A program made the position numbers and the translations under genes. Shown piece by piece: positions 1 to 12,000 of a DNA stretch of 64,000 bases (its first letter is position 1; each line of letters opens with the position of its first letter). The notes beneath the pieces were generated by a model that saw nothing but the letters and a program-made list of their open reading frames with translations, ran no database searches and was not told the DNA's origin. Source of the stretch: Macrostomum lignano (Eukaryota); contig NIVC01003039.1 in assembly GCA_002269645.1 (NCBI GenBank), positions 1 through 64,000 of the forward strand. The letters run 5' to 3'.

Positions 1-72
1 CTGATGATCTCGTCCTCCTCGGCATGTACTCCTCTTCGGCGTCGGAATAGGGCAGGTCCTCGTTGGTGACGT
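1..72 (-). CDS. RIMBP2: RIMBP exon (partial, truncated by window edge)
   Basis: CCCTCCAG acceptor, phase 1 matches the 1516 donor; [23 protein letters not shown]. Confidence 0.65.
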
Positions 73-3000
73 CTGGAGGGTTGGCAGTCAGTTCTATGCT
101 TGAGCGATTTCCGATGCATATCGTTGCAATAAGCTTAGTGAAATAAGACAACTGGCACTCTGATCCTGGCTTCTGTCATATGACTCCATGTCCCTGTCAT
201 ATGACTCCATGTCCCTGTCATATGACTCCATGTCCCTGTCATATGACTCCATGTCCCTGTCATTTGACTCCATGTCCCTGTCATTTGACTCCATGTCCCT
301 GTCATTTGACTCCATGTCCCTGTCATATGACTCCATGTCCCTGTCATTTGACTCCATGTCCCTGTCATTTGACTCCATGTCCCTGTCATTTGACTCCATG
401 TCCCTGTCATATGACTCCATGTCCCTGTCATATGACTCCATGTCCCTGTCATTTGACTCCATGTCCCTGTCATTTGACTCCATGTCCCTGTCATATGACT
501 TCATATGATCTCCTTAATCCCTGTCACTCTCATCTCACTAATCCCTTACACTCTGATCTCCTTAATCCTTGTCACTTTCATCTCACTAATCCCTGTCACT
601 CTCATCTCACTAATCCCTGTCACATCTCATCTCACTAATCCCTGTCACACTGATCTCACTAATCCCTGTCACACTGATCTCACTAATCCCTGTCACTCTG
701 ATCTCACTAATTCCTGTCACTCTGATCTCCTTAATCCCTGTCACTCTGTTCTCACTAATCCCTGTCACTCTGATCTCACTAATCCCTGTCACTCTGATCT
801 CCCTAATCCCTGTCACTCTGATCTCACTAATCGCTGTCACACTGATCTCCCTAATCCCTGTCACACTGATCTCCCTAATCCCTGTCACTCTGATCTCACT
901 AATCCCTGTCACACTGATCTCCCTAATCCCTGTCACTCTGACTCCCTAATCCCTGTCACTCTGATCTCCTAATCCCTATCACTCTGATCTCCCTAATCCC
1001 TGCCACTCTGATCTCACTAATCCCTGTCACTCTGATCTCCCTAATCCCTGTCACACTGATCTCCCTAATCCCTGTCACTCTGATCTCCCTAATCCCTGTC
1101 ACTCTGATCTCCCTAATCCCTGTCACTCTGACTCCCTAATCCCTGTCACTCTGATCTCCCTAATCCCTGTCACTCTGACTCCCTAATCCCTGTCACTCTG
1201 ACTCCCTAATCCCTGTCACTCTGATCTCCTTAATCCCTGTCACTCTGATCTCACTAATCCCTGTCACTCTGATCTCCCTAATCCCTGTCACTCTGATCTC
1301 CCTAATCCCTGTCACTCTGATCTCACTAATCCCTGTCACTCTGATCTCACTAATCCCTGTCACTCTGATCTCCCTAATCCCTGTCACTCTGACTCCCTAA
1401 TCCCTGTCAGTCTGACTCCCTAATCCCTGTCACTCTGTACCTCTGTCCCTGTACCCGCCCTGTCACTCTGTCCCTGTACCCGCCCGAAAGACAAGAAAAG
1501 AAAGCAAGAACTCACGAATTTCAGGTACAGAAACATTCTTTGACAGCCGTTTGTGACCTTGTCTGTAGGCTCTGTAATCTTCTGTAGGCGATTTGCCAAC
1601 CTGGAATAAAAAAAAACAATTTCATATAATATCAAATAAATGAAATGAAATGAAATAACTAAATTAAACAGGACAAGAAAAGTAAATCACTGAACAACAC
1701 CAAGTAGAAAAACGAATTATAAGAATAAAAATGACTACAAGCCAACCAACGCCACACTGAAGCCGTCACCATGATAGAAAATTTATTTATCAAGTGCCAT
1801 AAAACAGGTTCCTTGCCACCTCAACACGAAAGCTCCACCTCAGCTGGAGCCTTCGCCTCCTCCGGCGAGGTTCTTCGGGTCCAGCTTCTTGAACATGCTC
1901 GCCGTGCCCTCGCCGAACGCTTCAAATCTCTTCTTGGTGTCCCCACCGAAGGCGTCGAACTTTTTCTTAGTATCCTCGTTGAACGCTGCGAATTTCTTTT
2001 TATTTTCCTCGTTGAAGGCTTCGAATTTTTTTCGATTCTCCTCGTTCGCTTCGCGGATCTTTTCGCCCGTCTCATCAGCGATTTCCTCCACTTTTTCTTG
2101 GAATTCGTGGAAGCCTTTCTTTAGCCGGCCTAAGAAGCTCGAGTCCTCGGGATCGTTGGGATCGCCTTCGGCACCTTCAACACCTTCGGCACCTTCGGCA
2201 CCTTCGGCACCTTCAGCACCTTCGGCACCTTCAGCGCCTTCAGCAGCCGCAGCTTCAGCAGCCGCAGCTTCAGCAGCCGCAGCTTCAGCGGCCGCAGCTT
2301 CAGCAGCCGCAGCTTCAGCAGCCACGGCAGCCTCCTCTTCAGGCGTTGGCAGGGGTTCACCCCTAGGGCCCCGCTGCCTACCCTCGGCCGCTTCGTCGAC
2401 TGTCCGACCAAACTCGTCCAACAGTTCCCCACCGGGTCCTCGGACAACCTGTCCGGTGGATTTGTCTTCGAGCACGCCGAACTCGTTGACCCGCCAGCCG
2501 CACTCGGAGGCCAGCAGCTGACCGTTCGCCGGGTCGCGAGGCGCGCCGCACACTGGGCGACACCGAGCGTCGAAGTAGTGACCCTGGGCGTCTCTCAACG
2601 GCGCCCCGGTTGAGGCGTCGACCAGCAGGCCGAATTCGTTCTCGCGTCTTTCCGCCGAGTCGATAACGGCTTGACTGTCGGCGTCAACAAGCTGCTGTTC
2701 GTCGGCCAGACAGACTTTCCGGCAAGCCAGCGGCCGACCTCCGGCGTCGAGCAGCTCACCGCTTGGCCCAAGCACGGGCTGCCCGGTGTCCGAGCTGGTC
2801 AGCACCCCGAGCTCGTTCGGCTCGGCCGGCGACACCAAACTGCCGTCTGGGCGGCGGACTCCGTGCACCGGACGACATTCGGAGTCGAAAAACTCGCCGG
2901 ACGGACCTCGGACTGGCCGGCCGGACTCGTCCAGCAGGACGCCATTGTCGTTGACGCCGCCAGTTGGCAGCGGCGTGCCAGTCGACGCGTTCAACAGTCG

Positions 3001-6000
3001 GCCAGTGGACGCATCAAGCCGGGCCCGGCGACAATCGATTGGCCGGCCGGACGGGTCGAGCAGCTGGCCGTCCGGCCCCGGCTCGCTCAGCACGTCGTAG
3101 TAGTTTGGCTGCTGGGCCTCGTCGTCGACCAGCTGGCCGTTCGGCAGCCGCCGGCCGTAAACGACGGCGCCGTCGGGAGCGCCATAAAATTCTCCGTTTA
3201 GTCCGCGAAGCGGCAGCCCGCGCGAGTCGGCCAGCACGTTGAACTCGTTGGCCACGGCGTCGGCCACTTCGTCCGGCGAGTCAACACGACGACAGGCGAT
3301 TTCGGCTGCCGTTGCGTCCAATAGTTCGCGTCCGGTCGGCCCGGACAGTGGCCGGTTGTCTGTCCCGGACACTAACACGCCGAAGTAGTTGAGCTTTGGA
3401 GGCGGGTCGTCTGGCTTGCACGCCAGCAGACGGCCATCGTCGGGATGTCGGAGGCCGCCGAGAGCGGGCCGGCCGCCGGCAGCAAAGAACTCGCCGCGGC
3501 TGCCTCGCAGCGGCACGGAGCCGAAAGTCAGGATGCCGTGTGAGTTCGCCGCGGCGTCGGGAAACGCGTCCAACGGAGCAGCACCGTCCGGGACTGGCCG
3601 GCAGGCGATCGGCCGACCGTCCGAGTCGATTAGAGTGCCGTCCGGTCGGGCGAGAGCTAGGCCAGTGTCCGGATTAGCCAGGACGCCGAACCAGTTGACG
3701 GCGGGCGGCGGGTCGCCCAGCAGCTCGCCGTCGGGGCCACGCGGCCCGTAGACCGGCTGGCCGTTGGAGGAGAAAAACTCGCCAGACTGGCCTCGGATCG
3801 GGACGCCGTTTTCGTCGATTAGCACGCCGTTAGCGTTGACGCTTGTAGCGTCGCCGAAGGTCGTAGAATTATTATATCCATTAGACTCCGGTACAAGACG
3901 GCCGTCCGGGGTTCGAGTCGCGATTCGACAAAGTATGGGAGCGCCGTCTGGCGGAGATCGGAATTCGCCGCTCAGAGTTCGCAGCGGCTGACCGGTTGAG
4001 GGATCAACCAGGATGCCGAATTCGTTGGTTTGGGCCTGACATAAGGGGCGCGCATGCGGTAGTGGTGGTGGTGGAAGGGTGCTGGTTTAATGATGCAAGC
4101 TGTGCTTTGATTGACAGGCACGGAATAACGATGCTTCTATTTTTATGTGCAAAGGAGGATAAAAAGTTTATAGGGCAGGGATATAGGACAGGGAAACTAT
4201 GGGTAGGAGTTGGGGTGGGTGTTTTATACACCCAGAGGAGGCTATAGTGTACATTAGGGCAGGAAAACGAAGGGTAGGAGTTGGGGTGGATGTTTTATTC
4301 ACCCAGAGGAGGCTATAGTGTACATTAGGGCAGGCAAACTAAGGGTAGGAGTTGGGGTGGGTGTTTTATACACCCAGAGGAGGCTACGGTATATATTAGG
4401 GCAGGAACAGCGAAGCTAGGAGTTGGGGTGGGTGTTTTTTACACCCAGAGGAGGCTACAGTGTACATTAGGGCAGGAAAACTGAGGGTAGGAGTTGGGTG
4501 GGTGTCTTATAGACCCTGAGGAAGCTATAGTTTTACCTAAATGTAATAAGTAACAATATTGGCTTATATCGACTTATAGAAAACGTTTAAATAGCACAAT
4601 CTACAACAAAATAAACGAGAGTAAGTTGATATCTTTTGTGAAGTTAAGACACAATCTATACAACATCAAAAGGCTACCACAGACACGTGAGAAAGGAAAA
4701 ATCACTACGGATTCTAAGAAAGCTAAAATTGCTGCCAAATTGGTCTAGGCGTTACCCTCGGATTGCGCGAAGCGGACAACAGGTGCTGCCTGCGCAATCG
4801 ATGGAATTTCGATGGACTAACGCTGCGGCTTCGAATCATTCGGTGGTCCATCAGGGCTGAGGTGTTCGAGGCGGCGGCGGCGGCAGCGCCTCGCCTACTG
4901 GAGCGATGATGCTGGGAATGAGGCTGGCGCAGGCTGCCATGCTGAGGCCAGTCATCCTGCTGCTGCACCAGCTGCTGATGATGAGGCGGCAGCTGCCAGT
5001 CATCAAAGGAGGCCTGCATCTGCAGCTGCCTGTAACCGCCGCCGCCGCCAACAGTGTTGGCATTGTCGTACATGGAGGCGGGACCTGCAACGCCGTCGTT
5101 GGGATGACGAAGCAGGCCGCCCTGCTGCTGCTGCTGATGGTGATAAGCTTGATTATAACCGGCATGAACACCTGTTGGCGACCCGGTTAGATGAGGCGGC
5201 ATACCAGCGGTTCTACTGAACCTGGACGACGGGCCAAGATTCAAAGGCCTACCAGACGTGGAAAGTCTTTGTTGTTGCTGCTGCTGTTGTTGTTGCAGGA
5301 GCAGAAGTTGCTGCTGTTGCTGCTTTCCGAAAGCCAGATGACGCTGCTGTTTTTTTTGTTTAAAACAACGGCATTTGTTTGGCGTTGTAGGATTTGAGGT
5401 TTATGGGATTTGGGGATTTAAAGGGAACAGGGTGGGTGAGAAAAAGAATTATTTTTATCCCTTTTAGAAGCTCTTGTAAAATAAAAAGTAAAAGTAGTTT
5501 TAGTTCAAAGGAAGCAACGTCGCATATCGCCCATAAACCATAGGAGACCTATAGTTGCAAGATTACGAGTATTAGGATTAAGAATCTCTGTGAATTCCAA
5601 CATGCCGATAAAGTTACGAGTAATAAATAATTATGAATTAGCCTAAAAAAGCAAATTTTCTAAAATAAACGATTTTTTATGTATGATGCGCAATTGCGGC
5701 ACGATGGTTTTAAATAAAATTGACTTTCGATACATATCGGTACAACGAGAAAACTCTTTTTTTCGATGGTTAAGTTTTAAAAAATGCAATAATGACTTAG
5801 AATCGAGGCAATAGAAATTCTTTAATTTCGATAGAAATTAAGTCATTTATAAACAATCCTTTCTCCGATACATACCAGGAAGTTTGGCAATTCCTGAAAA
5901 CTGTTCTTTCGATACATATCGGAAAGTGTGGGAAATTCTTAAAAACTGCTCTTTCGACACATATCGGAAAGTGTGGAAAGTCTTGAAAACTGCTTTTTCG

Positions 6001-9000
6001 ATACATATTGGAAAGTGTGGGAAATTCTTGAAAACTGCTGTTTCGATACATATCGGTAGCAAAAATGAACTTACATCTTCTGGCCTAGGCAAATCGATAG
6101 ACGAATTAGCGGCAGACAGAGTCAGCGAGCACGGCGGGTCCGAGTCTAAACTCTCCACAGTCTGACCATTGTGAGTACCGACTGTGCGCACGGTCAGGAA
6201 GGCGGTGTGAGGTGGCAGGGAGTTCTGGGCGAGCAGGCAGTGATCTGAGTACGCGTCCAAGCACTCCGTGACCCGGTGCCTGCCGTCAGCGTACACTGCG
6301 TAGCCGGTGACCCGAACACCGTTGGACACGCCGTCGGAGTTGGCAACGGTGACCGGTAGCCAGGTGACTAGCAGGGAATGGTCCTGAGGCCCGGGCTCGA
6401 TTTGAACGTCCAGAGGAGCGTCGGGCAGGCCGCCGGGCGTGGTTCGAAACTCCAAGGTGGCGGTGAGGAGAGGCACGGAGGTGCCCGTAGTTTTCGGAGG
6501 CCTGGCCCGCACGCACACCTGTCAGAGAGAGAGAGAGAGAGAGGCGCCTTTGTCGAGTCGTACATTTTAAGTTGCACCTTTTGACAAAAAACGCCTGTAA
6601 ACTACTTATAGTAGAGTGCATTTGAACAAAATTACATGTACGTAAATGAGTATAGGGATATTTCAAAATGGTCATATGATGTATGAGATGATGTCTGACA
6701 CTGCCAATCAGATAAGATGTCAGGAAGGATGTCAGGATGTTAGATGAGATTGGGTAGAGTCAGGGGAGGTGAAAAAATACAAAGCATATTCATCATTAGA
6801 AGCCGCAAACCTTGTAAAGAGTGTCGGCAGTGAGACCGCTAATGAGCAGCTTGTAGTTGCCAGGCGGGCACTGTTTGTACTCTTTGCCGTTGACCGTCAC
6901 CACGTGTTGAAGGCTGGAAGCAGCCGGCAAGAACATGAGCACCGCTGAGCCTGGGGTTACGTTTGATACCTGGAGTTTTGTTAAAAATAACAGTGATATT
7001 ATTAGTTTATAAAAGTTTGTCATGGATGAGTGTTAATAAAAGGTTGTCAAGTTCTGTGATCATGGTCTGGTCATGGTCTCCAAGGGCTGACGGGGCTGTC
7101 AGTCTCCAAGGGCTAACGGGGCTGTCAGTCTCCAAGGGTTGTCAGTCTCCAAGGGCTGTCAGTCTCCAAGGGCTGTCAGAGTCTCCAAGGGCTGTCAGAG
7201 TCTCCAAGGGCTGTCAGAGTCTCCAAGGGCTGCCAGAGTCTCCAAGGGCTGTCAGAGTCTCCAAGGGCTGCCAGAGTCTCCAAGGGCTGCCAGAGTCTCC
7301 AAGGGCTGTCAGAGTCTCCAAGGGCTGCCAGAGTCTCCAAGGGCTGTCAGTGTCTCCCAAGGCTGACGGGCTGTCAGTGTCTCCCAAGGCTGACGGGCTG
7401 TCAGTGTCTCCCAAGGGCTGCCAGAGTCTCCAAGGGCTGTCAGTGTCTCCCAAGGCTGACGGGCTGTCAGAGTCTCCCAAGGCTGACGGGCTGTCAGAGT
7501 CTCCCAAGGCTGACGGGGCTGCCAGAGTCTCCCAAGGCTGACGGGCTGTCAGAGTCTCCGAAGGCTGACGGGCTGTCAGAGTCTCCCAAGGCTGACGGGC
7601 TGTCAGAGTCTCCCAAGGCTGACGGGCTGTCAGAGTCTCCCAAGGCTGACGGGCTGTCAGAGTCTCCCAAGGCTGACGGGCTGTCAGAGTCTCCCAAGGC
7701 TGACGGGCTGTCAGAGTCTCCCAAGGCTGATGGGGCTGCCAGAGTCTCCAAGGGCTGTCAGTCACCAAGGGGTGTCGGGGTTTCCAAAAAGGTCTGCAGA
7801 TGTGTGATGGGATCTGTAACAACAGACACGCTATCTCTAGACGAGACGAATCGGGATACTGTAAGGTCGCTAAAGCCTCGAATGATTATTTCGTAGAATT
7901 TTCAAAGGTTGCTCTTTATTCTCTATAATTTTTCGATCTAAGCTTTGTTAGGACCAGATATTGGTCATAAAATTTAATCCAACCTGTAGATAAGTAGGCG
8001 CCAGGTGCGAGTCGCGATCCTTGCCAGTCAGCAATGTACAGGCCGGGTCTTTGGATGTCAGACCCCTGGTAGTAACTGATCGCACACAGATCCTGTGCCT
8101 CTCCTTCGGATTAATACCTTCAATAAGTGCTTTAGTCTTCTCGCCGGCACTAACCGAGCACTTGAATTTGCCATCAACGTAGACGTGATAAGCAGATAAA
8201 GGGTCGTGCATCAGCACGCTAGTCGGATCGTGAGCCGGGGGTCGCCAGCCAATCACAATCGAGCTAGCCAGTTGTCTTTCTAAAGCTAGAAATCTAGGCG
8301 GAGAAACAGTATCATCCGAGAGACCCTCGGCTCGAATGATTTCCTCTTCGTAGGAGTAGGTTCCGCCCGTAGACAGCTGCTCAGCGGCTGGATAGGCCGA
8401 GGAGACCGGGTCGTAGCCGGAGAATCCAGTCTCAAATGCGGCAACATCGTCGTCTTGAGGAGGAGTGGTTGTTTTAGTGCGCGAATTTAAGAACTAAAAA
8501 AGCCAATAAAATGGAGATTGGGGAGATACAGGGAATTGGGTGGGTGTGTGCAGATAGGCAAGGAATGGAGACGAAAATGTGGGGGAGACAGGGAATGGGG
8601 TGGGTGCGCGCATAGAGTGGCAAGAAATGGAGATAAAAATGAGGGAGTGGGGAGACGGAATGGGGTGGGTGCGCGCATAGAGTGGCAAGGAATGGCGACG
8701 AAAATAATGGGGTGGGGGAGACAGGGAATGGGGTGGGTGCGCGCATAGAGTGGCAAGGAATGGCGACGAAAATAAGGGGGTGGGGAGACAGGGAATGGGG
8801 TTGGTGCGCGCATAGAGTGGTAAAGAATGGAGACGAAAATAAGGGGGTCGGGGAGACAGGAAAGGGGGTGGGTGCGCGCATAGAGTGGCAAGAATTGGAA
8901 GTGAAATTGGGGTGGTAGGGAGACAGAGAGTGGGTGGATGCACGTATAGAGTGGTAAGGAATATAACAAGGACGACTTAAGTAGGAAGGGAAACCTCGTT

Positions 9001-12000
9001 TCTTAGAAAATTTTAGAAGGCAGGTTTTCCCGAAAAAATACACTACGGAGATAGGAAGTTTGCATTTTTTCAGCACAAAAATTGTTATTGCTATTGATAG
9101 GAGGCAGATCCAGTGTTCATCTTTTGATATGTTGTGCCTTTCTTAGTGCTCTATCGATATTCATAGAGCTTTTCGTTCAGAAAATTAGGATTCTATGCTA
9201 ATTTTTTATTCTACGTACATTTTCCTGTACCTAAAAATCATAAAAATGCATGACACAACTCGAATCTTTGGTTCTATGAATCTATTTTATCATCTATGTT
9301 ACAAATATTTGTTACACAGTCAGCTGAGAATGATAAAATAGACTCATAAAACCAAAGAGCCGAGCTGTGCCATTTCAATGGCTTTTAGGCACAAGACACG
9401 TGCAAATGTAATTTTTTTACATTTTACATTTTTTACATTTTTACATGTGGAGTGGCGGGCAGTCCAGCTAGGCTGATGGAGGGTATAAACAAGAGATAAA
9501 ACAGAGGAAAGCACTAAAATCAATATTATTTACTCGTATAAAAGCGTTTATCTGATCGTGTTTAGTTTTGAGCAATTAAACTTGCAAAACAGTTAAATTA
9601 AACCTAGAAATCAAACGGCTAGTATAGCATAAGTTGACCTCATCAAGTGTTTAAATCTGCAATAATATTCCGATTTTACTACTAATGCAGGCTAAGTAGC
9701 CACCCGAGGCATTCCGCTGCTACTTTCTATAAAAAATTCATATTGACGACGAGAAAAAACTAGGGCCCCTTGGTTCTCCAGTAAGCTGAATAAACAAAAA
9801 ATGATAAATATATTTGCATAACTGCTGTAGCAAAAATGCTGATTGGAAAAGCGTAATAAAAAACTAACAAGGTAATAAGTAGCTCATACTTGAAATAAAC
9901 TAAATTATTATTGTTTATAATGCTTACTAGAAAATCGCCTTCCACGGCTTCCGGTGTCTAAATATTCAACAAGAGAGACAAAATTATGACAGAGGAGAAC
10001 AATTACCTGATGACAATAGCTAACCCAGTGCTCAATATGAACAGAGTAAAACAAATCAGTCATCCAGTGCTAGAATTAATTATTAATCCCCTAAACTCCC
10101 CAATTTGGTATCGAATCTGTGCGTTACCATTGACAGGTTTTGCTTGTCAAATGAATTAGGAAAATTAAATTACAGCCCCCGTCCAGCTTATTCAATCAAA
10201 TATCAATAACTGCAACTGGATTGGGAAATCTAGAAATTGAAGATGAATAGAATAAATTAAATTATAAATACATGGCTTGATAGTGTATAAAGCTAGTAAA
10301 TGAGTCCTAGCGATAAGAGCACAATGCGCTAGTATGGGTATTTATATACACAACTGTTATTCAATAATTCGACTCACTAGGCAGTGGCTCGACGTAGTTG
10401 GAGGGCACATAGCCTCTCTTGCCGTCCATCATCTCGCCATAGTAATAGCCATCCTGCCGTGTAAATAGAAAGAGATTATATTTATAAGCATGATTTTAGA
10501 TGTGTGCTAAACATTCGTTCCATTTGGATTTGGGGAGCTTATGTAAGCGTTTGGTTGATTTTAGGATAAACATAAGAGATCATTTAAGTCCTAATTACCT
10601 CTGGGATCTGGGACTATTTGAGTCTTAAGTACCTCTGGGATCTGGGACTATTTGAGTCTTAAGTACCTCTGGGATCTGGAACTTTTTGAATCTTAATTAC
10701 CTCTGGGATCTGGGACTATTTGAGTCTTAAGTACCTCTGGGATCTGGGACTATTTGAGTCTTGAGTACCTCTGGGATCTGGGACTATTTGAGTCTTGAGT
10801 ACCTCTGGGATCTGGGACTATTTGAGTCTTAAGTACCTCTGGGATCTGGAACTTTTTGAATCTTAATTACCTCTGGGATCTGGGACTATTTGAGTCTTGA
10901 GTACCTCTGGGATCTGGGACGATTTGAGTCTTAAGTACCTCTGGGATATGGAACTTTTTGAATCTTAATTACCTCTGGGATCTGGGACTATTTGAGTCTT
11001 AAGTATCTCTGGGATATGGAACTTTTTGAATCTTAATTACCTCTGGGATCTGGGACTATTTGAGTCTTGAGTACCTCTGGGATCTGGGACGATTTGAGTC
11101 TTAAGTACCTCTGGGATATGTGACTCTTTGAGTCTTAATTACCTCTGGGATGTGGGACTAGTTGAGTCTTAATTACCTCTGGGATATGGGACTCTTTGCG
11201 TCTTAAATACCTCTGGGATCTGAGACTATTTGAGTCTTAAATACCTCTGGGATCTGAGACTATTTGAGTCTTAAATACCTCTGGGATCTGAGACTATTTG
11301 AGTCTTAATTACCTCTGGGATCAGAGACTATTTGAGTCTTAATTAGCTCTGGGATCTGAGACTATTTGAGTCTTAATTACCTCTGGGATCTGAGACTATT
11401 TGAGTCTTAATTACCTCTGGGATCTGAGACTATTTGAGTCTTAATTACCTCTGGGATCTGAGACTATTTGAGTCTTAATTACCTCTGGGATCAGAGACTA
11501 TTTGAGTCTTAATTACCTCTGGGATCTGATATGATGAAATCTGAAATGCTTTTAAAATCTTAAATAATTCGTTTGCAGTTTGTCAACTTTGGGAACTGTT
11601 AAATAGGATTTTAAACAGCTGACGTCATCCAGCCCATCCCTTATCAATAAATTTTAAATTTGTTGGAAGGTTGCAATATTTCAACAAAAAAGAGAAAAAC
11701 TTTGCGTAAAAAATTCCGATAGCAAAGAGAACAAAACCAAAAGCAGTTTTAATGCGTTACAAAATTAGCTTCTTTTAGCTTGGCAACAAAATTTAACGAC
11801 AACATCTAACGCCAAAATTCACTGCAAATTGCCCAGTTATAAATTTTTTCAAAACCTTGTTATACAAAGCAAACTAAGAATAGAAATCTTGTTTGGTTTT
11901 TTACGGAGCGCTAAATTTTTAAGGATAAAAACTAGAAACTTTTTTTCTCGATACTACTGCCGAACGATGACGTCATAGTAGCTAGCAGTTACGCATATTT

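Noticed and set aside
94-1635. Repetitive ORFs ([22 protein letters not shown] etc.)
   Set aside because: Translations of intronic minisatellites, open in several frames on both strands; no splice context.
1771-3991. Plus-strand and alternate-frame ORFs over the novel exon
   Set aside because: Shadow ORFs of a GC-rich coding exon; only the 1840..4035 minus frame shows periodic protein motifs.
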